NCBI GenBank assembly: GCA_017459985.1
Contig: JAFUBX010000014.1
Span: 535-64,534 of the forward strand
Direction of reading: 5' to 3'
Length of the DNA stretch: 64,000 nucleotides
Origin: Parasporobacterium sp.
GTDB lineage: Bacteria; Bacillota; Clostridia; Lachnospirales; Lachnospiraceae
Both the position numbers and the translations under genes were made by a program. Every line of letters begins with the position of its first letter. Position 1 is the first letter of the stretch. Below are positions 1-9,482 of the stretch, one piece after another. The notes under the pieces were generated by a model. That model worked only from the letters and a program-made list of their open reading frames with translations. It was not told the DNA's origin and searched no databases.

Positions 1-520
1 TAATATAAACAGGAAGCTTTTTAATTATTTTTTTATATATGTGTGCTATTCCATCAAACATAAATTCCGGAGCGATACATACGTCACAGGTCTTGTCTGC
101 AAAAGCTTTCCTTATATCGTTTATTTCTATAATATTGAACGAAAACGTATAATGTGGAAATTCATTCTTAAAACGGAGAATATTCTGCATAAGAAACGGT
201 TCGGTCTGAAATGTATTCAGACAGTACACAGATAAGATTTTTTTATTATTCCCCCACGTCGTTTGAATATTTTTGATGTTTTTACAAAGCTCATCAATAA
301 TAGGAAGGCATGCGTTATATAAATGGCTGCCGGCATCTGTGAGAACAACTCCATGGTAAACTCTGTTAAATAGTTTCACTCCAAGGGACTTTTCAAGCTT
401 TGAGATCTGTTTGCTGAGTACTGGCTGAGCAATATACATATGATCAGCAGCCTGTGAGAAATTAGAAAATTCGGCAACAGTAATAAAATAGATCAGCTGC
501 TGAATGGAGATATCATACAT
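1..520 (-). CDS. LysR-family transcriptional regulator (N-terminal ~173 aa; the C-terminus lies beyond the left window edge)
   Basis: Absent from the ORF track because it is open at the edge. The reverse complement from the ATG at 520-518 reads MYDISIQQLIYFITVAEFSNFSQAADHMYIAQPVLSKQISKLEKSLGVKLFNR..., a canonical LysR wHTH. It is divergent to the TRAP operon. Confidence 0.8.
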   Translation of the reverse strand, partial: MYDISIQQLIYFITVAEFSNFSQAADHMYIAQPVLSKQISKLEKSLGVKLFNRVYHGVVLTDAGSHLYNACLPIIDELCKNIKNIQTTWGNNKKILSVYCLNTFQTEPFLMQNILRFKNEFPHYTFSFNIIEINDIRKAFADKTCDVCIAPEFMFDGIAHIYKKIIKKLPVYI

Positions 521-545
521 TTCGATTCCTCTAAACGGTTAAGTC

Positions 546-640
546 ATAATCCATATTATAGCTATCTTACTTTTTCTACAGAATTATATCATGAAAATCA
601 GAGATAGAAGAATTATTATCCATTATAGTTTTTGTCTATA
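546..640. promoter_or_regulatory. Candidate LysR-type boxes in the divergent promoter region
   Basis: Two small AT-rich dyads of the T-N11-A class: ATAATccatATTAT (546-559) and TATAG-N7-CTATA (624-640). They lie between the LysR gene and the TRAP operon. Confidence 0.25.
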
Positions 641-755
641 GTGACAAGAAATTATAACTATTTCCAAAGAAAAAAAACAGGAATTATAATGAAATCAACG
701 ATGAGTGTAGTGTGTATTGCTATTCAATTTTATTGTGAATGAAAGGAGTTTTATC

Positions 756-1805
756 ATGAAGAAATTTATTGCAATTCTTCTTGCAGCAGTCTTCGCATTC
801 AGCGTAACTGCATTCGCAGGGGAAGCACCCGCTGAGCAGGCTCCGGTGTCGATCGTGTTTGCCAATTCCAATAACGAAACGACCACCACAGGACAGGCTC
901 TGGTTCAGATGTTGGATTATATTGAAGAGCAGACAGGTGGAAAAGTAACTTTCCAACGTTATTTTGGAGGTTCTATTTGCTCCGCAGCTGAGGAATACGG
1001 CTATCTGAAGGACGGATCCATCCAGATGGCAGCTCCGAAGCCGGCAGACTTCGCAAGTGAAAATCCTTATGTATATGGAGTTTCCATTAATTCCAGCTGG
1101 GATGATGTTTATGAATATTGGCAGTATATCTTTAAAGAGAATGCTGAGACTGCTGACATTATTAATAAACATACGGAAGCAGATGGTATTGAAATCGTTG
1201 GTGCGTTAACTTCCGGCCAGGGCTGTGTCATCAGCGCAAAGCCTTTTGAGACTCTGGATGACCTGAAGGGCCTGAAGATGGGCTGTGTACAGTCTGCTGA
1301 CGTATGGGCAGCCATGGGCCTGAATGTTGTCAATACCATTCCGCCTGAAATGTATGAATCCCTTTCCCGTGGTGTTTATGACTGCGCAGGATTCGCCCTC
1401 AGCTATTATCTTCCGATGTCTCTGAACGAAGTGGCTCCGTATGTCATGAATGCCAGCGAGTATCAGACCTCCCTGACCGTTATGGTCCGCAGCGATGTCT
1501 GGGATCAGCTGACCGACGAGACAAAGCAGATCTTCTATGATGCCGCTAAGCTGGGATTTGATTTTGCAGTTGAGGATGCCAATACCACAGAAGAGCGCGT
1601 CAGCGAAGCAGCAGAAGGTTATGTGATTCTTGATGCAGAGAATGCACAGAAGATGACAGGCCTGATGGAGAAAACCAATATGACAATGCTCTGCGGACTG
1701 GCACAGGAAAAAGATGGTGAAGAAGGTCTCAATGACATGATCACGATCACAAAGGCAAGAACTGAATACTCCGGACTGGATCAGGTTCCGGATGAATACA
1801 AATAA
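756..1805 (+). CDS. TRAP transporter substrate-binding protein (DctP family)
   Basis: ORF 717..1805. Preferred start is ATG 756 (MKKFIAILLAAVFAFSVTAFA signal peptide) behind the GAAAGGAG RBS. Immediately followed by TRAP small and large permeases. Confidence 0.85.
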   Translation: MKKFIAILLAAVFAFSVTAFAGEAPAEQAPVSIVFANSNNETTTTGQALVQMLDYIEEQTGGKVTFQRYFGGSICSAAEEYGYLKDGSIQMAAPKPADFASENPYVYGVSINSSWDDVYEYWQYIFKENAETADIINKHTEADGIEIVGALTSGQGCVISAKPFETLDDLKGLKMGCVQSADVWAAMGLNVVNTIPPEMYESLSRGVYDCAGFALSYYLPMSLNEVAPYVMNASEYQTSLTVMVRSDVWDQLTDETKQIFYDAAKLGFDFAVEDANTTEERVSEAAEGYVILDAENAQKMTGLMEKTNMTMLCGLAQEKDGEEGLNDMITITKARTEYSGLDQVPDEYK

Positions 1806-1819
1806 GTCGTTTGTATCTG

Positions 1820-1857
1820 AGTCCTGTCATTTCCGAAGAAATGACAGGACTTTTTCA
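1820..1857 (+). terminator. Intercistronic rho-independent terminator/attenuator after the TRAP binding-protein gene
   Basis: Perfect 14-bp stem AGTCCTGTCATTTC / GAAATGACAGGACT (1820-1833 / 1838-1851), loop CGAA, followed by TTTTTCATT. Confidence 0.75.
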
Positions 1858-1874
1858 TTCAAGGGGTAGAACGT

Positions 1875-2414
1875 ATGAAATCAAATTCAGCAATTGGAAA
1901 AATCGACAAAATCATGCAGAAAGCAGCAAAGATCTTTTCCTACCTGGGCGTTATCGCTATCGTGATCATGGCGCTTCTGTGCGTAGGCGATATCCTGGCT
2001 GCCAAGCTGTTTTCCGGCGCGATCCCGAACCAGACCCAGTGGGTCCAGTATGGTCTGATCGCCGTTGTATATTGTTTTCTGGCATCTATTGTCCTGGGAA
2101 GAGGACTGATGTCCGTGGATATCTTAACCAGAAAATTCCCAAAATCCGTATTGCGGGGAATCGAAGCCGTTTCCTATTTCTGCGGAATCGTGATCTTCGG
2201 TTTCATCGGAATCAGAGGTTTTGTTCTGATGGCCAAGCATATTAAGGAAGGAACCCGTTCCGCAACCCAGACCGGCGCCTTTCATATCTGGCCGTTTACA
2301 TTGATCTATGCCGTGGGCCTTACGCTCCTGGCGATCGCCTGCCTGTGGAGAGTGATCCGGATGTTCGCCCTTCCGGCTCCGGACCCGAAAAAAGAAGTGA
2401 AGGAGGGAAAATAA
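1875..2414 (+). CDS. TRAP transporter small permease (DctQ family)
   Basis: 179 aa, four hydrophobic segments, located between the DctP-like and DctM-like genes. Confidence 0.85.
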   Translation: MKSNSAIGKIDKIMQKAAKIFSYLGVIAIVIMALLCVGDILAAKLFSGAIPNQTQWVQYGLIAVVYCFLASIVLGRGLMSVDILTRKFPKSVLRGIEAVSYFCGIVIFGFIGIRGFVLMAKHIKEGTRSATQTGAFHIWPFTLIYAVGLTLLAIACLWRVIRMFALPAPDPKKEVKEGK

Positions 2415-2415
2415 T

Positions 2416-3723
2416 ATGCCTATCTGGATTATCGGTATCCTGGCTTTCGTAGTCATGATCGTTTTAACATTGATCGGGGTTCCTCTGGGAATCGCCATCT
2501 TCGGGTGTGCCGGACTCGGCCTTCTGGCGGCAGCAGGCCCGGCCATGTTCCTGAATCAGATGACCACCGGTATTTTTTCTCTGAGCGCATCCTATAATTT
2601 CGCCGTGATCCCCATGTTCATGGTTATGGGAACCCTGTGTTCCATGACGGGAATCGCGGAAGGCGCCTTCAAGGCAGCCAGGAAATGGCTGGGAGGAACC
2701 AGAGGAGGACTTCTGGACACCGTCGTCATCGCCAATATGATTTTCGGCGCCTGCTCCGGTGTATCTTCCGCTGCCAACGTGGTATTCTCCCGGATCGCCC
2801 TTCCGGAACTGGAGAAGGCCAAATACGACCGGGGACTGTCCCTGTCTGTGATCTGTGCTTCCAGCTCCCTGTCCGTACTGATTCCGCCCAGCGTTCTGAT
2901 CCTTTCCTTCTGTATGCTGGTGGAGGTGTCCGCAGGAGCGGCACTGATGGCCGGATTCGGCGCAGGCATCCTGTTCGCGGTGGCTTATCTGATCTTCATC
3001 AATATTTATAAGCGGATTTATCCGGATAAGATTCCGCCGAAGTCCACGGAAAAAATTCCGATGAACGAGAAGCTGAGGACTCTGACCCTGCTGATTCCGA
3101 TCCTGCTGCTGTTTGCCCTGATCGTGGGCGGAAGCTTCCTGGGATGGTTCCCGGCCACCGTCGGCGGTGCCGTGGCCATGGTGGTGGTGCTCATCTACGC
3201 CATTGCCAAACGGACTCCCTTCAAGTCCATAACCAAGGCAATCTGGGATTCCCTGCTGCAGTTCGGCAATATCTATCTGATTATTATCGGCGGACAGCTG
3301 TTCAGCCGTCTGATTGCCTTCACAGGCCTTACAAAGACCATCGGAAACGCCATTGCCTCCGCCAATGTGCCGCCCATCATTATTTTCGCACTGGTGGTGA
3401 TCTTCTACCTGTTCTGCGGAATGTTTATGGACTGCGCTTCTATCATCGTAATTACCGCGCCGATCGTATTCCCGGTTCTGACAGGTCTGGGATATAATGA
3501 GCTGGTGCTGGTGGCAATGATGGTTATTTCCATGGAGGTTGCTTCCCTGACGCCTCCGGTAGGTCTGGGCGTCTTCTATGTAGCCAATGCGGTCAATGAA
3601 TCGCCGGCGTTCATTTTCAAGAACGTGGTGAAATTCTTCGTTCTGGATCTGGCGCTGATCTTCGCGATGGCAATCATTCCGGATCTGGTTCTGTGGATGC
3701 CGAAACTGATGGGGTATATGTAG
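2416..3723 (+). CDS. TRAP transporter large permease (DctM family)
   Basis: 435 aa polytopic membrane protein. Starts 2 nt after the DctQ-like stop. Confidence 0.9.
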   Translation: MPIWIIGILAFVVMIVLTLIGVPLGIAIFGCAGLGLLAAAGPAMFLNQMTTGIFSLSASYNFAVIPMFMVMGTLCSMTGIAEGAFKAARKWLGGTRGGLLDTVVIANMIFGACSGVSSAANVVFSRIALPELEKAKYDRGLSLSVICASSSLSVLIPPSVLILSFCMLVEVSAGAALMAGFGAGILFAVAYLIFINIYKRIYPDKIPPKSTEKIPMNEKLRTLTLLIPILLLFALIVGGSFLGWFPATVGGAVAMVVVLIYAIAKRTPFKSITKAIWDSLLQFGNIYLIIIGGQLFSRLIAFTGLTKTIGNAIASANVPPIIIFALVVIFYLFCGMFMDCASIIVITAPIVFPVLTGLGYNELVLVAMMVISMEVASLTPPVGLGVFYVANAVNESPAFIFKNVVKFFVLDLALIFAMAIIPDLVLWMPKLMGYM

Positions 3724-3739
3724 AAGAACAGGAGAAGTT

Positions 3740-5200
3740 ATGCAGAACTATCAATGTAATATCGCGGTGGTTGCCGCAGGTCCCTCCGGCCTGGCAGCAG
3801 CCGTAACCGCAGCGGAGAACGGCATGGATGTGGTCATCCTGGAGAAATCCTCCGTGACCGGCGGCGCCGCCAATATGGGCATGGGCCCCTTCGGTGTGGA
3901 GAGCCGGATCCAGAAAGCCAACATGATCGCGATCCGGAAAGAGGATGTGTTCCGGGAAATGATGGAATATACCCACTGGCAGACAGATGCCAGAAAACTC
4001 CGGGAATATATCTGGAAATCCGGCAGCACCATCGACTGGCTGGAGGATATGGGAGTGGAATTTGCAGGTCCCTGTAAATATTTCCCTTCCGCATATCCCA
4101 CCTGGCATGCAGTGAAGCCGGAAGGCGGCGGGGCGCCGGGACCGAGATGCGCCGGGACCATGAATAAGGTCCTGACGAACCGGGCGACCCAGCTGGGAGC
4201 GAAGCTCCTGTTAAATACAAAAGCCGTCTCCCTGATCAAAGAAGACGGCCGGATCCGGGGGGTCCGGGCGCTGGATACCCAGACGGGAGAAGAGGTGGAG
4301 GTACGTTCCGATGCCGTCATTGTTGCCACCGGCGGATTCGGGGACAATCCGGAAATGATCGACCGGTATGCCGGCTGCACTTACGGAAAGGATATGTTCA
4401 ATATCCGGATCCCGGGAGTGACCGGGGACGGCATGCGGATGGTCTGGGAGGCCGGCGGCCGGAAAGGCAGGATCACGATGGAGAAAATCATCTGGTCCCG
4501 TATTCCCCATAACCCCATGGAAACCTCGTTCCGCCAGCCCTGTGCCCTGATGGTGAATTCCCTGGGAGACCGGGTGATGGATGAGAGCGTAGTGGAGAAT
4601 GCTTCCGTATCCGCCAATATCATCAGCCGTCAGCCCGGCGCCAGACTCTATTCCATCATTGACAGCAGGCTGGTCAATTATTACCGGAAGAAGGGCGTGG
4701 ATTATCCCAGCGGAATCGGGATCGGCAATGACCTGACCCATTTCGAGGAAGAATTCGAATCTCTTATGGCGGAATATCCCGACTGCGTCTGGGAAGCGCA
4801 GACTCCGGAAGAACTGGCACGGAAGATCGGTATCGACGAGGATACCTTCTGTGAGACCATGGAGGAATATAACCTGTGTTGTGAAGAGCATGTGGACGAT
4901 ATTTTCTGCAAGAGCTACCATTACCTGAGACCCCTGACCGGAAAACTGTATGCGATGGAATTCTGCCCCGGAGCCTACGGTTCCCTGGGTGGAATCCAGG
5001 TGAATTACAAGTTCCAGGTACAGGATGAAGAGTACCGTCCGATCCCGGGGCTGTATGCCTCCGGAACGGATACCTGTGACATTTACGGGGATACGTATCT
5101 GTTTGTGTTTCCCGGAAATACCATGGGATATGCCGTCAATTCCGGACGGCTGGCCGCGGAGCACGCGGTGGAATATATTGAGGATTTGGCCGAGGAATAA
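3740..5200 (+). CDS. FAD-dependent oxidoreductase, soluble fumarate reductase / KstD-like flavoprotein family
   Basis: N-terminal dinucleotide fold VVAAGPSGLAAAVTAAENGMDVVILEK and the GGAANMGMGP motif. No signal peptide. Clear paralogue of the CDS at 50795-52258. Confidence 0.8.
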   Translation: MQNYQCNIAVVAAGPSGLAAAVTAAENGMDVVILEKSSVTGGAANMGMGPFGVESRIQKANMIAIRKEDVFREMMEYTHWQTDARKLREYIWKSGSTIDWLEDMGVEFAGPCKYFPSAYPTWHAVKPEGGGAPGPRCAGTMNKVLTNRATQLGAKLLLNTKAVSLIKEDGRIRGVRALDTQTGEEVEVRSDAVIVATGGFGDNPEMIDRYAGCTYGKDMFNIRIPGVTGDGMRMVWEAGGRKGRITMEKIIWSRIPHNPMETSFRQPCALMVNSLGDRVMDESVVENASVSANIISRQPGARLYSIIDSRLVNYYRKKGVDYPSGIGIGNDLTHFEEEFESLMAEYPDCVWEAQTPEELARKIGIDEDTFCETMEEYNLCCEEHVDDIFCKSYHYLRPLTGKLYAMEFCPGAYGSLGGIQVNYKFQVQDEEYRPIPGLYASGTDTCDIYGDTYLFVFPGNTMGYAVNSGRLAAEHAVEYIEDLAEE

Positions 5201-5224
5201 AGGACTGAATATAGGAGAAGAAAA

Positions 5225-6172
5225 ATGAAGGTTGTATGTATCTTTTCCGGCAGAAGAAACGGCAAGGGGATCAGTTTTGCGAGACTGGCCCTCAGGGCGT
5301 GTAAAGAAGCCGGTGCTGACGAAACTGTATTGATCAATCTGAATGATCTGAATATCAAACCCTGTATCGACTGCAAAGCCTGTGTAAGGCGCCTGTCGGA
5401 TCCCACCTTTGACGGCACCTGTCCGTTAAAGGACGATATGGACTGGCTGGATGAGCAGTATCTGGAAAGCGACGCCATGATCTATCTGTCGCCGATGTAC
5501 GAGAATTCCGCGCCGGGACCTTATAAGATCATGTGCGACCGTCTGGGACCCTCCCATGATGTGACGTTCCAGAAGGAAGCCTATGACAATCAGCTGGCAA
5601 GGGGAATGAAACCCAAGGTGGATGAACGGTTTTTCCGTACCCGGCCGGTACTGTACATCGGACACGGAGGCAGTGAATGGAACTATCTGAGCTATCCGAC
5701 CATCGCCATTCCGTCGATCCCTCTGGGGCTGCAGGTGGTGGATTATATTTCCATCCCCTGGAGCAACGGCGCTCTGCAGGATGAACGGGCGGATGAGATC
5801 CGCAAAGCCGGAAAGCATCTGGTAGAGATGGCAAAGCTTCCGCCGGAAGAACGTTCCTATATCGGGGATCCGGGAATCTGTCCGGTGTGCCATTCCAGAG
5901 TCATGTATCTTTCTGATCAGGCAGACGGACTGACCTGCGCTTTGTGCGGCGCGATCGGCACTCTGGTCGTGGAGGACGGGAAGGTCAGGGCTTCCTTTAC
6001 GCCGGAGGCCATGGCATTGTCCCATGTGCTGGAAGGCGGCCGGGAACAGCATATGAAGGATCTGAAGGAAATCGGCAGAAAGAACGCCACGGTGGATTAT
6101 TCCAGAGAAAAGGAACTGGCCAGGGAGCTGGCGGAAGAATTCCCGTGCACGAAGCCGGTGAAAGGGGTATAA
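5225..6172 (+). CDS. Flavodoxin-fold NAD(P)H-dependent FMN reductase / iron-sulfur flavoprotein (Isf)-like protein with a C-terminal Cys4 extension
   Basis: N-terminus MKVVCIFSGRRNGKG..., compact Cys cluster CIDCKACV...C, and C-terminal CPVCHS...CALCG (zinc-ribbon-like). Confidence 0.6.
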   Translation: MKVVCIFSGRRNGKGISFARLALRACKEAGADETVLINLNDLNIKPCIDCKACVRRLSDPTFDGTCPLKDDMDWLDEQYLESDAMIYLSPMYENSAPGPYKIMCDRLGPSHDVTFQKEAYDNQLARGMKPKVDERFFRTRPVLYIGHGGSEWNYLSYPTIAIPSIPLGLQVVDYISIPWSNGALQDERADEIRKAGKHLVEMAKLPPEERSYIGDPGICPVCHSRVMYLSDQADGLTCALCGAIGTLVVEDGKVRASFTPEAMALSHVLEGGREQHMKDLKEIGRKNATVDYSREKELARELAEEFPCTKPVKGV

Positions 6173-6173
6173 G

Positions 6174-7973
6174 ATGAAGAAATACGATTCTTTTCCGCAT
6201 ATTCTCCCATATAATGAGGAGAATCAGGATAAATTTAAATTTGAGACCCAGGAGCTCTGCGGGGAGCAGGTAGAAGTTCTGTTCCGGAAAGGGCATCCGG
6301 GCAAAACCAAGGAAGAATGCGATGCCATCCGGGCACAGGGCGGAGAGGTACGGAAGTTTTCCATCTGCGGCCCCTTCAATCCCCGTGTTTATGACTGCGG
6401 CGACGGGATCTTCTGCATGCAGGATGTCTGTGTGGTGTTAAGGGATGGGACCAAGATGTATGCGGATATTTATCGTCCGGATACGAAAGAGCCGGTTCCG
6501 GTCATCGTTTCCTGGGGCCCCTTCGGAAAACGTCCGTCGGAGGGCATGGATGAGTGGAAACTCATGGGAGTTCCGCCGAAGACCGTATCCACGATGGCAA
6601 AATTCGAATCGGCGGATCCGGCCTACTGGTGCCGCTACGGCTACGCGGTGGCCAACTGTGATCCCCGGGGAGTGGGACATTCCGAGGGGGATGTGTCCAA
6701 TTTCGGGGTACAGGACGGAAAGGACGGGGCCGATTTCATTGAGTGGGTCGCAGCCCAGAGCTGGTGCAACGGCAGAGTCGGTATGTTCGGCAATTCCGGC
6801 GTCGGTATGGTTCAGTGGAAAGTGGCGCAGGAACAGCCGGAGCATCTGGCCTGTATCGCTGTCTGGGAAGGCACCGGGGATATTTACCGGGAGAGCTTCT
6901 GTATGGGCGGGATCCCGAACCCGATCTTCAATGACGCAATCACCGAAACGGTTGCCGCCACCAATTATGTGGAAGACGGCTGCAATATGCTGACCCTGCA
7001 TCCGTATATGGATGCCTACTGGGAGAGCAAGATCCCCCGCTGGAAGGACATCCGGATCCCGGCTTATATCTGCGGCGGATGGTGTCATTTCCATCTGAGA
7101 GGGTCCCTGGAAGGATATCGGAGGATCCGGACCAGCCGGAAATGGCTGCGGATCCACCGGGATATGGAGTGGCCGGATACCTACAGCCCGGAGAATCTGG
7201 AGGATCTGCGCCGGTTCTTCGACCGGTATCTCCGCAATATCCGGAATGGATGGGAATTCACACCGAAGGTCCGCTATGATCTGATGGATGCCTATGGATA
7301 CGACCTGATCCACAATAAAGAAGAAAACGAATTTCCGCTGAAAAGAACGGAATATAAGAAGCTCTATCTGGACGCGGCTTCCCATTCCCTGTTTGACGAA
7401 GAGGTCAGCGCAGAAAGCGAACTGGCCTATGACCAGAAGACTGACACGGCGGTCTTTGAATATACCTTTACCGAAGATACCGAGATCACCGGTTATTCCA
7501 AGCTCCATACGAATATCGAAGTACGGGGTTATGACAACATGGATATGTTTATCTGGATCAAAAAGATGAAAGCTGACGGCGAATACGTCCCGGTCTCCTG
7601 CATGAAGGAGCCCTACCGGGGTGCCTGGGGCTATTTCCGGGGATCCCGAAGAGAGCTGGATGAAACCTGGAGCTCTGATTTTCAGCCGGTACAGGCACAC
7701 CGCAGGGACGAGCCCATGGAAGAGGGCATGATCTATCCGGTGGATATCGAGATCTGGCCAACAAGCCGGATCTGGCATAAGGGAGAGAAGCTCCGTATCG
7801 AGATCACGGGCCATTTCGTAAAATCCGAATGGTATGAAGACGGGCATATGGACTTCCTGGACGATAACGGAGACGGAATCCATGTGATCCACACCGGCGG
7901 TCAGTATCAGTCCTACCTGCAGATCCCGGTCATTCCGCCGAAATACACCTCCGGAGATTATATTGTCCGGTAA
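6174..7973 (+). CDS. CocE/NonD family alpha/beta hydrolase (X-Pro dipeptidyl-peptidase S15-like)
   Basis: 599 aa. Contains CDPRGVGHSEGD and a nucleophile-elbow-like MFGNSGVG, with a long C-terminal beta domain. Starts 1 nt after the preceding stop. Confidence 0.75.
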   Translation: MKKYDSFPHILPYNEENQDKFKFETQELCGEQVEVLFRKGHPGKTKEECDAIRAQGGEVRKFSICGPFNPRVYDCGDGIFCMQDVCVVLRDGTKMYADIYRPDTKEPVPVIVSWGPFGKRPSEGMDEWKLMGVPPKTVSTMAKFESADPAYWCRYGYAVANCDPRGVGHSEGDVSNFGVQDGKDGADFIEWVAAQSWCNGRVGMFGNSGVGMVQWKVAQEQPEHLACIAVWEGTGDIYRESFCMGGIPNPIFNDAITETVAATNYVEDGCNMLTLHPYMDAYWESKIPRWKDIRIPAYICGGWCHFHLRGSLEGYRRIRTSRKWLRIHRDMEWPDTYSPENLEDLRRFFDRYLRNIRNGWEFTPKVRYDLMDAYGYDLIHNKEENEFPLKRTEYKKLYLDAASHSLFDEEVSAESELAYDQKTDTAVFEYTFTEDTEITGYSKLHTNIEVRGYDNMDMFIWIKKMKADGEYVPVSCMKEPYRGAWGYFRGSRRELDETWSSDFQPVQAHRRDEPMEEGMIYPVDIEIWPTSRIWHKGEKLRIEITGHFVKSEWYEDGHMDFLDDNGDGIHVIHTGGQYQSYLQIPVIPPKYTSGDYIVR

Positions 7974-8027
7974 ACGCTTCTGCGATTGCCCATAATAACC
8001 CCATGTGTTTTCTTATTCTCTGAGAAA

Positions 8028-8081
8028 CAGCGGCAAGCCGTTCAGGACCTTATTTGCGAGGAACTGAACGGCTTACTGCTG
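8028..8081 (-). terminator. Possible terminator hairpin between convergent genes
   Basis: Imperfect 18-bp inverted repeat CAGCGGCAAGCCGTTCAG / CTGAACGGCTTACTGCTG with an 18-nt loop. A T-rich run is only weakly present on the minus strand. Confidence 0.3.
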
Positions 8082-8126
8082 TCAGAGAGATTCGCGGCTC
8101 CGGCACCATCTGCGGTCCGGGAGACG

Positions 8127-9302
8127 TTACAGACGTTCCCGACAGAAGCGGCCGAGCCGGTCTATAAAACGGTCAATGGTCTCATCATCCTGGGCGAAGC
8201 AGAACCGTACCATACAGTCTTCTTCCACGCCAAAAGCGGAGCCGGGGATCCCGCCGATGCCGGCTTTCTCCAGCAATTGTTCGCACAGTTGTTCCGATCC
8301 CATTGCGGTGTCAAAGCAAACCCACAGATAGAAAGATCCCCTCGGAGCTTTAAACTGCAGATGAGGGACATCCCGGAGTCCTTCGCAGATCCGGTTCCGT
8401 CTTCGTTCATAAGCGGAGCGCATCCGCTCGGTCTCCTCCGGCAATTGGAGCGCTTTGATGGCGCCTTTCTGGATAAATGCGCTGGTGCAGCTCATGGAGT
8501 GCTGGAATATTTTCTGGATCCGTCCGTACAGTTCTGCGCAGCATGCGAGATATCCGATGCGCCATCCGGTCATGGCATAAGCCTTGGAGAATCCGTTGAT
8601 CGTAATGATCCGGTCAAAAAGCTCCGGATCTCCGGCAGGGCTCAGGAAGCGGGCGTTGTCGTACAGGATCTTTTCGTAGATCTCATCGGAAATGCAATAA
8701 ATTCCTGGATGAGCAGACAGATAGGACTTCAGCTCCGCAAGCTCCGGCTCTGACAGAATCTGCCCGGTGGGATTGTTCGGATAGTTGATGATCAGAAGCC
8801 TGGTCTTTTCTGTGGTTTTTGCTTCCAGCTGCGCTTTCGTGATCCGATAGTCTGTATTCCGATCCAGCCGGACGGGCACCGGAACGCCGCCGCACAGGGT
8901 GATGATGGCCGGATAGGACACCCAGCCGGGAGTCAGCCACAACGCCTCATCACCGGGATTCAGAAGCGCCTGGACCGCCAGATAAACCGCATATTTTCCG
9001 CCGGGAGTGATCAGGATCTGATCCGGCGGATAGGGGGCCTTGTTTTCTTCCTTCAGCTTCCGTGCAAGGGCCTGCCTCAGTCCAGGATCTCCCTTGGAAT
9101 CTGAATAATGGGTGCAGCCCGAAAGGAGCTGCCGGTACACCTCATCGCAGATTGGTTTCGGCGTATCGAAATCCGGCTCTCCGCCGGTCAGATTACAAAT
9201 GGTCGGATCCGTCTCCTGCAGCTTTCTGACCTTCGCCAGAAGCATGACAGAGCGGGAGGGCTCCACAAGATCCAGTAAGTGATTGAAGTCGGTTTGTTTC
9301 AT
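8127..9302 (-). CDS. Pyridoxal-phosphate-dependent aminotransferase, class I/II (aspartate aminotransferase-like)
   Basis: ORF 8127..9356. Preferred start is 9302 (MKQTDFNHLL) behind AGGAGGAG. Contains the PLP-lysine motif NGFSKAYAMTGWRIGY. Confidence 0.85.
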   Translation of the reverse strand: MKQTDFNHLLDLVEPSRSVMLLAKVRKLQETDPTICNLTGGEPDFDTPKPICDEVYRQLLSGCTHYSDSKGDPGLRQALARKLKEENKAPYPPDQILITPGGKYAVYLAVQALLNPGDEALWLTPGWVSYPAIITLCGGVPVPVRLDRNTDYRITKAQLEAKTTEKTRLLIINYPNNPTGQILSEPELAELKSYLSAHPGIYCISDEIYEKILYDNARFLSPAGDPELFDRIITINGFSKAYAMTGWRIGYLACCAELYGRIQKIFQHSMSCTSAFIQKGAIKALQLPEETERMRSAYERRRNRICEGLRDVPHLQFKAPRGSFYLWVCFDTAMGSEQLCEQLLEKAGIGGIPGSAFGVEEDCMVRFCFAQDDETIDRFIDRLGRFCRERL

Positions 9303-9482
9303 CTGCTGTCTCCTCCTGTATCCGTATCCCTTCGAAAAACGGATTCCCGAATACATTTTCTGTTTGAAATCATAGATTTATGGATTATACTTTATCAGAG
9401 TAAAAAGTGCGAGTGTTTCTTTTCTGCCTGGGACACGCCCGCCGGGAATCTTCTTCGAATCACGAAAGAAAAGGATGTTTAT

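Noticed and set aside
6438-7892. Long minus-strand ORF (484 aa) antisense to the CocE/NonD gene. Similar long shadow ORFs occur at 4211-5164, 15712-16698, 19110-19955, 20287-21207, 42044-43054, 44694-45698, 45729-47126, 53113-54321, 54783-55844, 60649-61797 and 62067-63329.
   Set aside because: Each lies entirely inside a well-supported gene on the other strand. Their compositions are Arg/Gly/Pro/His-rich and low-complexity, they lack RBSs, and they show no motifs. These are typical antisense open frames in GC-rich coding DNA.
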